DNA of 64,000 bases, from contig VGRO01000008.1 of the NCBI GenBank assembly GCA_016875335.1, positions 18 to 64,017 on the forward strand, given 5' to 3'. The notes under the pieces were generated by a model. It saw only the letters and a list, made by a program, of their open reading frames with translations, did no database searches and was not told where the DNA came from. The stretch is from Deltaproteobacteria bacterium. Its GTDB lineage: Bacteria; Myxococcota_A; UBA9042. This document shows positions 20,601 to 29,045 of the stretch, one piece after another (within the stretch, counting starts at the first letter, position 1; every line of letters starts with the position of its first letter). Both the position numbers and the translations under genes were made by a program.

Positions 20601-20914
20601 GTCCGGGCGGCGCAGGCGGCGCAGCGGGTCCCAGTGCCGAGGGCGCGAGCAAGACGTTCTGCACCTCGCAGGGTGGGGCGGGCGGCGCAGGATCGGCTGG
20701 CGGCCACGGCGGCGGTGGCGGCGGCGGCGCGGGCGGTCCTGCGGCCCTGGTCGTGCTGCACGGTAGCAGTGCGACGGCGGTTGCGCCGATCCAGAACACC
20801 AATCAGCTCAAGGTCGGCGGCACGGGCGGCGCGGGCGGGACCGGTGGACCGAGCATCGGCAACCCAGGCAAGACGGGGGCGACCGGAGCGGTGTCGGGCG
20901 TGTGGGTCTTGTAG
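17672..20914 (+). CDS. Large Cys-rich lipoprotein: putative metal-binding (MopE-like) repeats plus a DUF1565-like and Gly-rich C-terminal region
   Basis: Signal ending LAAA-C; five E(T/V)CNxxDDDC(D/N)(G/A)xxDE repeats; VFVAKTGADGNPGT..PVAT; long GGxGG-rich tail. Confidence 0.8.
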   Translation: MRWARFAAQRGLAAGLVALAAACGDDGLVQGTSGLTGADQPTIGEVGFGPDAAAVPRDPWIATDIEAGDGPADVAADEAVADSAPESTTVDAAPELPPATDVSPSADVVQEVEPACPPCPPGYTCFDGGTDALPVCVPAAEFACAPCKDDATCLGGQCVGEDGPGYCRIPCVAGASGSSCPAGFACAPDPASGKALCAPQTGLCSCNASNVGAVKPCQSTNDQGSCAGLSTCVASGWSPCDAPVPAAETCNASDDDCDGLTDEGTGGAPCVLAPSACGGTLVCKGAAGLQCQVQMAPEVCNGLDDDCDGQTDEGQSGQPCALAPAANCAGATVCQGALGLTCAVTTSAETCNGVDDDCDAQTDEGLTGQPCSLGTGANCAGLFVCKGGDGGFCDVVAPQETCNGQDDDCNGQTDEDIDEVGEPCTATNTFGACPGLWQCAGKGLQCSGGVPAAETCNAKDDDCDGAVDEPWWQAGQYLSTDHCGACGVACPKPVGLHAAATCAAAESQSPGCAVVCEPGWFDTAGGPQNGCECLFTAALDEPDGVDQNCDGIDGEVSNAVFVAKTGADGNPGTLSLPVATVAKGIVLAAKLGKRDVYVAGGVYPGSVDLVAGVSVYGGYGPGFAARDTVLYQSAIAAVAPPVGPAYAVRAVGIAGPGAKTRLDGVTLLGANAKAAGESSYGLLAIGCDDRLQITYAQILAGDGAPGSSGAAGSNGQGGAAGQPGAAARDIGKAACGATDVNLGGGGGATQCQGTATHGGAGGHAVCPQMDEDSPSPKCPAKPYLQTPQSVEPGAKGQGPAGGPGGASGADSYIDSNKGAVTQCKGSIGCNTCVVPVQPRDGQPGAPGGPAVHGKEGGGGAATSGLVSQGVWVAGWAGDGGAGGLGSGGGGGGAAGGVEVYDCATSTSEFTDLGGSGGGGGAGGCGGSGGGGGQAGGGSFAVFVVAVPGGKVPLLFGNTLAAGTGGHGGPGGPAGSGGPGGAGGAAGPSAEGASKTFCTSQGGAGGAGSAGGHGGGGGGGAGGPAALVVLHGSSATAVAPIQNTNQLKVGGTGGAGGTGGPSIGNPGKTGATGAVSGVWVL
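18413..19078 (+). repeat. Five coding repeats (ETCNGxDDDCDGxxDE) of a putative Ca/metal-binding motif
   Basis: Repeated peptides start near 18413, 18563, 18716, 18868 and 19031; nucleotide copies are divergent and in frame. Confidence 0.8.
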
Positions 20915-20985
20915 GAGCCTGTCAGCGAAACGCCAGAATCGGCAGATTCTGGGCGACAGGCTCCTTGTAGTCCGCCCCACCCTGC

Positions 20986-22329
20986 TCAAAAGAACTGGAA
21001 CACGCCTGCGCTCAGCCCCGGGCAGACCCCGCCCGCGCCGGCCGCGCACGCGATCCCCGCCATCGGCACGGCCGCGTCGATGCGCAGACCGGTGCGCACG
21101 AACCTGGGCACGAGCAGGCGCACACCGACCCCGGTCGAGGCCAGCACCGTCCAGCCCCGGGCGGCGTCGCGCGCCACCGCGCCATCGACGAACGCCGTCG
21201 GCACCACCGCCAGCCAGGTGGAGTCGAACGCTGTGTAGCGCGCTTCCACGTTGCCCAAGCCAAAGCGGTCCACCTGCAGGTAGCTGTCGCGCACCCCGCG
21301 GACTTCCGACAGACCGCCCAAGAAATAGCGCAGTTGTGGCGGCGCCGCGGACTGCACGCCAAGCTGGCCGCGCGCCGCGAGATTCCAGCGCGGCCCGGCC
21401 AGCGCGTACCACAAGCCCTGCGCCCAGAGCTGGGCAAACGGCGCTGGCCCGTCGCCCGCGGTCGCCAGTCCCACGGCAGGCCGCACCTCCAGCGAGGCCC
21501 CGGACTGCCGTACCCGCACGATGTCGATCCGGCCGATCCGGGCGCCGAGGTCCACCAGCGCCGACCGGCTCGACGACGGCAGCGCGGTCCCGATGCCGGA
21601 CACGTCGAACAGCGCATCCTCTTGCAGGTCCAGCCGACCGCCGACGCGCACCTGGTCGTCCCAGGCCAAGTGGTTCGACTCCAGCCGCACCCGCATGCGG
21701 CGGTCGCCAAAACCCACGCGCGGCCGCACCAGCCACTCCCACTGCGCCATGGCGTCCATGCGCCGGCCCATGAACCGATGGGCGCGGACGAACGCCTGCC
21801 CGCCATGGAACTGGTCGAACTGCTCGAACGACGCGGCCGCCTCGACGTAGCGTCCGCCCAGGTTGAGGTCGGACAAGCCGGCCGACCACCACGCCGAACT
21901 GGCCGCAGCCCGCTGCGCAGCAGCTTGGAACGAGAACAAAAGGTTGATCGTCCAGCGCTCTTCGAGGTGCAGGCGCGCCACCACCCGGCCGCCGGGCATG
22001 CGGACCCGGCGGGCCGACACCTTGGAGAACAGGCCGGTGTTCCAAAGGCGCGCAAGGCCAAGGGCCCACGGTGCCTCGTCCACCACCTGGCCTGGCGTCC
22101 ACGGCAGCTCGCCGCGCACCAGGTCAGGGTGTGTGCGCCACAGCCCTTCGATGTCCAGGTCATCGACCCGCACGGGTAGGCCCGGTTCAGCGTCCTCGGT
22201 CGCGGTGGCAGGCGCGGGCAGCGCCATTGGCAGTTCGGCCTGTGCGGTTGCAGGCACGTCGGCGTGTGCGGGGGCCGGCACCGCGGCCGCGAGCGCAATG
22301 CCGGCTGCGGCGAACAAGCGCCCGATCAT
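20986..22329 (-). CDS. Omp85/BamA-TamA superfamily outer membrane protein with a single POTRA
   Basis: Signal peptide; IEGLWRTHPDLVRGEL...RLWNTGLFSKV...LHLEERW (POTRA); YFLGGLSEVRG; terminal VFQFF. Start ATG 22329. Confidence 0.8.
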   Translation of the reverse strand: MIGRLFAAAGIALAAAVPAPAHADVPATAQAELPMALPAPATATEDAEPGLPVRVDDLDIEGLWRTHPDLVRGELPWTPGQVVDEAPWALGLARLWNTGLFSKVSARRVRMPGGRVVARLHLEERWTINLLFSFQAAAQRAAASSAWWSAGLSDLNLGGRYVEAAASFEQFDQFHGGQAFVRAHRFMGRRMDAMAQWEWLVRPRVGFGDRRMRVRLESNHLAWDDQVRVGGRLDLQEDALFDVSGIGTALPSSSRSALVDLGARIGRIDIVRVRQSGASLEVRPAVGLATAGDGPAPFAQLWAQGLWYALAGPRWNLAARGQLGVQSAAPPQLRYFLGGLSEVRGVRDSYLQVDRFGLGNVEARYTAFDSTWLAVVPTAFVDGAVARDAARGWTVLASTGVGVRLLVPRFVRTGLRIDAAVPMAGIACAAGAGGVCPGLSAGVFQFF

Positions 22330-23777
22330 CGATGGGCCGCGAAATCGACGACGGCCCCCAGCAGCACCCGCATGCCGCGCTGCACCGCCGCGATCGGCAC
22401 GCGCTCGTTGGCGCCGTGGAAGGTCGCCGCGATCTCGCGCGACACCTCGACAGGCACGAACCCGTAGGCGCGCACGCCCTTTTGCCGGACCCACAGCGAG
22501 TCGGTAAAGCCCACCGACAAGAGCGGTCCCGCTACCGCATCGCTGCGGCCGATCACGGCGTGGCGGCCGAGCGCAAGGAAGAGCGGGTCGTCGGGCGGAC
22601 TCTCCGAGGCCGGCGCCTCGTGCAGCACCTGGAACTCGACCTGCGGATCGGCGACAGTTTTTTGCAGCTCGTACAGGAAGGCGCGGGGTTCCGTGCCGGG
22701 CAGCAGGCGGCAGTCCAGTTGCGCCGACACCGCGTCGGGCACGACGTTGGGCTGCTCGGCGCCGAAAAAGCCCGTCACGGCAATGGTGTTGGTCAGCATC
22801 GCCTTGGACCCGGGCTCGGCGAGCAGGGTGTCGAGCGCCAACCACTCGACCAGCGCCGGCCGCTGCAACACGTAGCCCTGCACGCCGCCGAGGTGTGCGC
22901 CGACTTCGCCCAGCGTGGCGTAGAGCGAGGGATGGAACGACACCGGCGCCACCTTGGCGCGCAGACGCTGCAGTGCGTCGAGCAGGCGATCGGGAGCGCG
23001 ATCCGGCATGGGCGTCGAGCCGTGGCCACTCTTGCCCCGGGCGGTCATCTTGACCCACAGCAGGCCCTTTTCGGCCGTCGAGATCGCAAACACCGTCTGG
23101 TCGGCGCGCAGCGCCCCGCGCACGCCCAGGCCGCCCTCGTTGACAAGGTGCGAGCAGCCGATCTTGTCCCAGTGATCGGCCACCAGGTGCTTGATGCCGC
23201 GGTTGTCCACCTCTTCATCGGCGACAGCGAGCAGCACCAGATCGCGGTCCAGCGCCACGCCGCTGCGCTTGACCGCGACCAGCACCGCCAGTTCGAGGAT
23301 GCCCATCGACTTCATGTCCAAGGCGCCGCGCCCCCAGATCTCGCCTTCGTGCACCGCTCCGGACAACGGACCGCGGTCCCTGGGCCACTGCTGCGCGTTG
23401 GCGGTCACCACGTCGATGTGCGACAGCAGGCACAGCGGCGGCAGCTTGCCCGTGCCGCGCACCCGGGCCACGAGCGACCCGCGACCGGGTGCGAACTCCA
23501 AGATCTGGCTGCCGATGCCGTTCTGTGCCAGTACCGTCGCCAGCAGTTCGGCCCCGCGCGTCTCGTTGCCGGGCGGGTTGGTGGTGTCGGTGCGCAGGTA
23601 GTCGCCGAGCCACGCCACCAGTTCCTGGTCGAGACGGTCGAGATCGACCTTGGCCAGCGCCGGTTGGACGTGCGGCGCCAGGTCGCCCCACACCATGCGC
23701 GGCGAGGTGGCGCAACTGGCCGCCAGCCCGAGACCGACGACGGCCAGCAGGAACGTCAGTACTTTCCGGACTTGCAC
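22326..23777 (-). CDS. M20/M25/M40 family metallopeptidase lipoprotein
   Basis: Lipobox LAAS-C; metal ligands in LSHIDVV, GRGALDMKS, ADEE, NEGG and HGANER; dimerisation domain GKSGHGS. Start GTG 23777. Confidence 0.9.
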   Translation of the reverse strand: MQVRKVLTFLLAVVGLGLAASCATSPRMVWGDLAPHVQPALAKVDLDRLDQELVAWLGDYLRTDTTNPPGNETRGAELLATVLAQNGIGSQILEFAPGRGSLVARVRGTGKLPPLCLLSHIDVVTANAQQWPRDRGPLSGAVHEGEIWGRGALDMKSMGILELAVLVAVKRSGVALDRDLVLLAVADEEVDNRGIKHLVADHWDKIGCSHLVNEGGLGVRGALRADQTVFAISTAEKGLLWVKMTARGKSGHGSTPMPDRAPDRLLDALQRLRAKVAPVSFHPSLYATLGEVGAHLGGVQGYVLQRPALVEWLALDTLLAEPGSKAMLTNTIAVTGFFGAEQPNVVPDAVSAQLDCRLLPGTEPRAFLYELQKTVADPQVEFQVLHEAPASESPPDDPLFLALGRHAVIGRSDAVAGPLLSVGFTDSLWVRQKGVRAYGFVPVEVSREIAATFHGANERVPIAAVQRGMRVLLGAVVDFAAHR

Positions 23778-24547
23778 GCGGCTTCCACTTCCTTGTCCCA
23801 GTCGACAAAGCCGGACAACATCAGGTTCTGCAACGCCGACGACTCGGTCGAGATGCCGAAATCGGCTTGCCGCCACAGGGCGAAAAGGTGGACGGCCCGG
23901 CCCGGCGACCGCTCGTAGTACGCCTCGACCTGGTAGTCCTGCGGCCACTTTACGCCGTTGCCGTCGACCTCGGTGGCGGGCTCCTTGAGGAAGGTGCGCG
24001 AGACCAGCGCTGCGCCGAACGGGCTCTTGGCCTTGCCGAGGTCGGGCACCCAGCGGGCGCTGCCGCGCAGGTTCTCGCTGGCGTAGTCACTGGTCAGCTC
24101 GGTATCCCAGTCCAACCGACCGGCCTTCTTGGCCAAGAACGCCGCCCGATCCTGCACGAACGTCCGCTTGTAGGCCCGGTAGGACTTGGGGTGCAGCCCG
24201 GCTTGGTCGGCGTGGGTGTGGATGTTGGCGATCTGGGCGAGCGAGCAGGCGGTCTCGGTGACGGCCAGCATCCCCACCGCCTTGCTGGCGTCGAGCTTGC
24301 TGCCGACCAGCGCCACGTCGGTGCTCGACAGCCGGCTGATCAAGACCTTGAGCGGCTTGTCGGCGGTCACCTCGGTCACGGTGCCATGCAGTTGCACAAC
24401 CGCGTTGGCCAACTGGTCGTCGCTGGCGCCGTCGTAGTTGCGCCACAGCCACTTGGAGAAATCGGTGATGGGTTCAGGCGCAGGCTCCGACGCGCAGCCA
24501 GCGACGAGCAACGCCCATCCGATCAGCCGTCCTACGCGCAGGCGCAT
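23756..24547 (-). CDS. Hypothetical lipoprotein (possible START/SRPBCC-like fold)
   Basis: Signal ending LVAG-C; alpha/beta pattern with a long C-terminal amphipathic helix. The fold call is only an impression. Confidence 0.6.
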   Translation of the reverse strand: MRLRVGRLIGWALLVAGCASEPAPEPITDFSKWLWRNYDGASDDQLANAVVQLHGTVTEVTADKPLKVLISRLSSTDVALVGSKLDASKAVGMLAVTETACSLAQIANIHTHADQAGLHPKSYRAYKRTFVQDRAAFLAKKAGRLDWDTELTSDYASENLRGSARWVPDLGKAKSPFGAALVSRTFLKEPATEVDGNGVKWPQDYQVEAYYERSPGRAVHLFALWRQADFGISTESSALQNLMLSGFVDWDKEVEAACKSGKY

Positions 24548-24550
24548 GGC

Positions 24551-25429
24551 TCAGCGCGCCCTGGGCCGGGTCAGCCGCTGCTGGGCCCGCACCTGCTTGG
24601 ACAGCGAAGGGTGGGTCTGCAACACCTCGGTGGCGAGCTTGCGCAGTTCGAGGTGAATGCCGGGGCCGGGCTGCACGAAGCGGCCGAGCAGATTCAGGTC
24701 GATGCCCATCAACTGCTTGAGGTCCTTGACCACGCGCTCTTTGCGGCCGGCGGCGAAATTGGCGAACACCCGCGCAAACAACAACATCGGCAGGGTCTGG
24801 CCGAGCTCTGGGTTGTCGAGCTTGAAGTCGTCCAGCAGCACCAGCGCGCCGTCGTGGCGGCCCGTGCGCGACCAGGCTTCGGCGACGACAGCCGCCATCA
24901 TCGCCCGGGCCAGCATGGGACCTGTCGTCGGCACGTTGATCTGATCGGCGAGATCGCGGGCCTCGCGGCTGCGGTTCTTCATCAGCAGCAACTGGGCGCG
25001 AAAGGTGCGCACCTGATCCGCGGCGTCCTTGGGCACCTTCGCGAGGTCGAGGCCTTCGAGGGTCTGCAGCGCGGCATCGGGGTTGTCCTGGGCCAGCAAC
25101 TGCGCCTTGGCAATGCCGTTGAGCACGTCCTTGCTGTTCGGGTCCTGGGCCGCGAGTTGCTCCAAGGCCGCGCGGCGCGCCTCGGGCGAGCCCTGGGCGT
25201 TTTGCAAGAGCGCCATCACGTCTTTTTGCTTGCGGAGCTGCCGAAACGCGTACCAGAGCAGGCCACCCAGCGCCAGCGTCAACACCGCCACGACGCCGAG
25301 CACGATCTTGGATCCGGTCAAGAGCGCCGTGACCCACACCAGGGCCACCACGCCGCCGACCGTGGCCAGCGCCTTCTTGTTCAAGAACGGCATCTCGGCC
25401 TGCAAGGGATCGGCGGGGGAGGTGGACAT
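24551..25429 (-). CDS. Membrane-anchored TPR-like helical protein
   Basis: Two N-terminal TM segments followed by Ala/Leu-rich helical repeats; 4 nt from the next gene. Start ATG 25429 (or 25393). Confidence 0.6.
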   Translation of the reverse strand: MSTSPADPLQAEMPFLNKKALATVGGVVALVWVTALLTGSKIVLGVVAVLTLALGGLLWYAFRQLRKQKDVMALLQNAQGSPEARRAALEQLAAQDPNSKDVLNGIAKAQLLAQDNPDAALQTLEGLDLAKVPKDAADQVRTFRAQLLLMKNRSREARDLADQINVPTTGPMLARAMMAAVVAEAWSRTGRHDGALVLLDDFKLDNPELGQTLPMLLFARVFANFAAGRKERVVKDLKQLMGIDLNLLGRFVQPGPGIHLELRKLATEVLQTHPSLSKQVRAQQRLTRPRAR

Positions 25430-25578
25430 GCGGGCTCTCGGCGCGTACGTGCGGCCAGGGGCCAGTAGGATCGCCGACCCCGACTGCGCGCGCAAGGTCG
25501 CCTTGACCGCGAGCCGCAGCGGGCCGGACAATCCGCGGCCCTGGCGGGGTCGCGTCCGCCTTGCCGCGGAGCACGCAA

Positions 25579-26946
25579 GTGAACGAAGCCCTGGTCTCGC
25601 ACGACGGTCCCGGCCACCGCTGGCTGGCGGCGCTCGGCGTGCGCGGCATGGAGCTGGGTCTGCAGCGCATCCGCGATCTGTTGGGGCGGATCGGCGACCC
25701 GCAGGCGGCACTGCCCGTGATCGCCGTGGCGGGCACCGACGGCAAGGGTTCGACCTCGGCGATGCTGGCGGCGCTCTTGCAGGCAGCCGGACTGCGTGTG
25801 GCGCACTACACCTCGCCGCACCTGGTCGAGACCCGCGAGCGCCTGTGCGTCGACGGCCGCGCCGTGACCGCAGAAACGCTCGACGCGGCGCTCGCGCAGG
25901 TCCACACATCCGCCACGGCGGATCCCGCGATCGATCCAACGCCGTTCGAGGCCTTGACTGCGGCCGCCTTGCTGCTTTGTGCGCGCCACGACCCCGCACT
26001 CGACGTGATCGTGCTCGAGGTCGGCTTGGGCGGTCGGCTCGACGCCGTCAACGCCACCGAGCCCGTGGTCAGCGTCATCACCCACCTGTCGTACGACCAC
26101 ACGGCGGTGCTGGGCGACAGCTTGCCGCAGATCGCCTGGGAGAAGGCCGGGATCGCTCGCGACGGCCGCGCCTTGGTGTGCGCCCAGCCCGCCCTGGTCA
26201 AGCCGGCGCTGCGCAAGCACAAGGTGGTGCCACGGCTGCTTTCCCTGGGCGCCGACGCGACCGCAAGCGACCTGACCCTGCACGGCCCGCACTTGCGCAC
26301 GGCCGCACGCTTGAGCGGGCCAGCGATCGGCGACGACCTGCACCTCGAACTCGACCTGCCCGGCGCGCACCAGGCCGACAACGCTGCGCTGGCGGTGCTG
26401 GCCTATCTCGCGTTTGCCGAGTGGTCGCTGGCGGCGCGCAAGCGCGAGCTGCCCCCGTGCGACGAGGTGGTCGCGGCCTTGGCCGAGGTGGCGTGGCCAC
26501 TGCGCGCGGAAGTCCTCGACCACAAGCCGTTGGTCATCGCCGACGCGGCCCACAATCCCGCCGGCATGGCGGCTCTGGCGGCGCTGCTGGTCCAACGGGG
26601 CAAGGCCTGGCAGGTGGTGATGGCGGTGCGCCGCGACCGCGAGGCGGCCGACCTGGTGCGGGCGCTGGCCGGGGTGGCGACTGGGTTCTTCTTGCCGCGC
26701 TGCGCCAACCCGACGTTGCTGCCCGCGGCCGAGCTGGCAGCGGCGGTCGACCAGGCGGTGCCGGCGGCGAGCGTGGCGGTGGCGTCGGCCTCGCGGTGTT
26801 TCGAGCAGGCGCTGCGCGAGGTCGGCAGGGACAGCGGCGTGGTGGTGTGCGGCAGCCAGCATGCGCTCGGCGAGTGGTTGCAGGCGGGGCTCTTGCGCAG
26901 CCCGCGCTTGGACCGGCGGCTCGGCCGTGCGGAGACGCCGACGTGA
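25579..26946 (+). CDS. folC: Folylpolyglutamate synthase / dihydrofolate synthase
   Basis: VAGTDGKGSTS, HYTSPHL, TPFEALTAAA, LEVGLGGRLDAVN, EKAGI and DAAHNP. Confidence 0.93.
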   Translation: MNEALVSHDGPGHRWLAALGVRGMELGLQRIRDLLGRIGDPQAALPVIAVAGTDGKGSTSAMLAALLQAAGLRVAHYTSPHLVETRERLCVDGRAVTAETLDAALAQVHTSATADPAIDPTPFEALTAAALLLCARHDPALDVIVLEVGLGGRLDAVNATEPVVSVITHLSYDHTAVLGDSLPQIAWEKAGIARDGRALVCAQPALVKPALRKHKVVPRLLSLGADATASDLTLHGPHLRTAARLSGPAIGDDLHLELDLPGAHQADNAALAVLAYLAFAEWSLAARKRELPPCDEVVAALAEVAWPLRAEVLDHKPLVIADAAHNPAGMAALAALLVQRGKAWQVVMAVRRDREAADLVRALAGVATGFFLPRCANPTLLPAAELAAAVDQAVPAASVAVASASRCFEQALREVGRDSGVVVCGSQHALGEWLQAGLLRSPRLDRRLGRAETPT

Positions 26947-28193
26947 AGCCCGCCGCGTGGGCCCTGGCCGTGGCGCTGGCTGCGTGCGGCGGGACCGATC
27001 CCGTTGCCAGTTCGACCGACAGCGCGACCGACGGCGTTGGCGATGGGCCAACCGGCGATGTCGCGCCCCTGCCGGCCGACCCCACCAGCGTCGAGCTGCG
27101 CCAGGTGGTGCCCGGGCCGGGGCTGCCCGCCGAGATTTCGCCGCAGAACAGCAACAACAACCTCGACGTGGTCCGGCACGACGGCAAGGTGTACTTGACC
27201 GGCCGCACCGCGCCCAACCATTTTGCGGGCCCCGAGACGCGGCTGTGGGTGGCGTCCAGTGCGGACGAGCAGGCGTGGCAGTTTGAGACCCAGGCAGCGA
27301 TGGGCACCGATCTGCGCGAACCGCGCTTGCTGGCCTTCGGCGGCAAGCTGCGTTGGTACTTTGCGCAGTTGGGCAGCGATCCCAATCAGTTCCAGCCCAA
27401 AGGCGCGTTTGTGTCCGAGCGCACGCCGGCCGGCAGTTGGACCGGCCCGCAGCCTTTCTACCTGCCGACCTTCATTCCCTGGCGGTTCGCGGTCCACGGC
27501 GGCAAGGCGTGGCTGTCCGGCTATACCGACGGCGACAACGTCTACAAGTCGGACCCGGGGCCGATCGCCGTGCACCTGCTGACCTCGTCCGACGGCCAGG
27601 CATGGCAACCGGCCTTGGGCAGCGACCCGGTCGTGCTCAAAGGCGGCGTGAGCGAAACGGCCTTTGCCGTGCTGGCCGACGGAACGGTGGTCGCGGTGGG
27701 CCGCAACGAGGCGGGCGAGACCGGCTTCGGTTTTGGCAGCAAGGTGTGCAAGGCCAGCCCAGACCAGGGGTTGCAGTGCAAGGCCGACCCGCGCAAGTAC
27801 GATTCGCCATTGCTTTTCGTCCACGCCGGCCAAGTGTGGCTCATCGGCCGCCGCACCCTGAACCCGGACGGCAGTACCGCGGACTATGACCTCGGCGCAA
27901 AGACGGGCACGCCGGCCGAACACTATGTGCAATACCAGTTGGTCAACTGGACCAAGCGCAAGCGCTGTGCGCTGTGGAAGGTGGACCCGGCCGCCTTGGT
28001 GGTGTACTGGCAACTGGACCTGCCGAGTCGCGGCGACACCTGCTTTGCCAGCATCGTATCCACAGGGGCGGATCGCTACGCGGTCTACAACTACAGTTCG
28101 CCGCTCGACGCGACCGCTGACCCGCCGTGGTTCGAGGGCCAGATGGGCGAGACGCGCCTGTACCGCAGCCTGCTGGTGTTCGGCAAGCCTTGA
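26943..28193 (+). CDS. Lipoprotein with a sialidase-like (Asp-box) beta-propeller
   Basis: GTG 26943 overlaps the folC stop; lipobox LAA-C; Asp-box-like SSADEQAW and TSSDGQAW; short beta-strand repeats. Confidence 0.62.
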   Translation: MKPAAWALAVALAACGGTDPVASSTDSATDGVGDGPTGDVAPLPADPTSVELRQVVPGPGLPAEISPQNSNNNLDVVRHDGKVYLTGRTAPNHFAGPETRLWVASSADEQAWQFETQAAMGTDLREPRLLAFGGKLRWYFAQLGSDPNQFQPKGAFVSERTPAGSWTGPQPFYLPTFIPWRFAVHGGKAWLSGYTDGDNVYKSDPGPIAVHLLTSSDGQAWQPALGSDPVVLKGGVSETAFAVLADGTVVAVGRNEAGETGFGFGSKVCKASPDQGLQCKADPRKYDSPLLFVHAGQVWLIGRRTLNPDGSTADYDLGAKTGTPAEHYVQYQLVNWTKRKRCALWKVDPAALVVYWQLDLPSRGDTCFASIVSTGADRYAVYNYSSPLDATADPPWFEGQMGETRLYRSLLVFGKP

Positions 28194-28199
28194 ATCTGC

Positions 28200-29045
28200 C
28201 TACCAAAACACCGTAACCTGCGCTCCCTGCGGAGCCACCGCCAGCTCGACCGGGCCGCGCAGCGCCAACCAGGCACCTGCCGCCGCCAAGACAGCGCCTG
28301 CACCCGTGGCCACGGCGCCGAGCGTGGTGCGGGTTCCGATGCGCGCCGCGCGGGCCTCCGCGTCGCTGCGCGAGATGGCGAGCACCAGTTTGCTATCGGC
28401 CGGCGCCAGATCCTGGTGCAGCGCCGCCCGCTCCGACGCGGCAGATGCCAGGGCCCACGCCCCCGCGCCGAGGCTGATGACGCCCAGGCCCACCGCCGCC
28501 CAACCGGCTTTTTCCCGTCCCGCCATCGGCCGCTCTGGAGGCGCGGAGGGCGGCGCGACAAGGGCGACCGTCGGCGTCGCGGGCAGCGGCGCATCGGCCG
28601 GCTTGGCGACGGCGTCGGCCGGTTGCGGGGCCCCGGTCTTGGGGTCGTCCGGGCGCGCGCCCTTGAAATGCTTGCGCGCTTCGAGCAATTGGTCCAGGTA
28701 TTCCTGGGCCTTGTCCACCAGTTGCGCGCCCTTGGGCGACCGCGCCAGAAACTGTCGGTAGTCGCGCTCTGCGGCGTCGAGATCGCCCTTCTTGTGCAGG
28801 CAGCGCGCCGCCGAGAACAGGTAGGGCAGGTAGGTCGGGTCCTTGTCGTAGGCCTGGTGGAAGAACTCTGCACACAACCCGAATTCGCCTGCCTGGTGCT
28901 TGGCGGTTGCGACCTGCGAAATGGCCGCTGCTTCTTCTTTGGCCGACTTGTCGACGCCGTGGACCGGGCGCGGCCCCACCAAGGCCACGACCCAGGCCGC
29001 CCACAGGCTACTCGACCACCACGCTGCGCTTGATCTTGGTGTCAT
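28200..29045 (-). CDS. Secreted TPR protein with C-terminal Gly-rich hydrophobic hairpin
   Basis: Signal-like N-terminus; TPR pattern YLFSAARCLHKKGDLDAAERDYRQFL; Pro/Ala linker; two GxxxG helices; ends VTVFW. Confidence 0.72.
   Translation of the reverse strand: MTPRSSAAWWSSSLWAAWVVALVGPRPVHGVDKSAKEEAAAISQVATAKHQAGEFGLCAEFFHQAYDKDPTYLPYLFSAARCLHKKGDLDAAERDYRQFLARSPKGAQLVDKAQEYLDQLLEARKHFKGARPDDPKTGAPQPADAVAKPADAPLPATPTVALVAPPSAPPERPMAGREKAGWAAVGLGVISLGAGAWALASAASERAALHQDLAPADSKLVLAISRSDAEARAARIGTRTTLGAVATGAGAVLAAAGAWLALRGPVELAVAPQGAQVTVFW

Noticed and set aside
25729-25760. FolC P-loop GTDGKGS instead of GTNGKGS as loss of function
   Set aside because: It is a single conservative change, and all other FolC motifs are intact.
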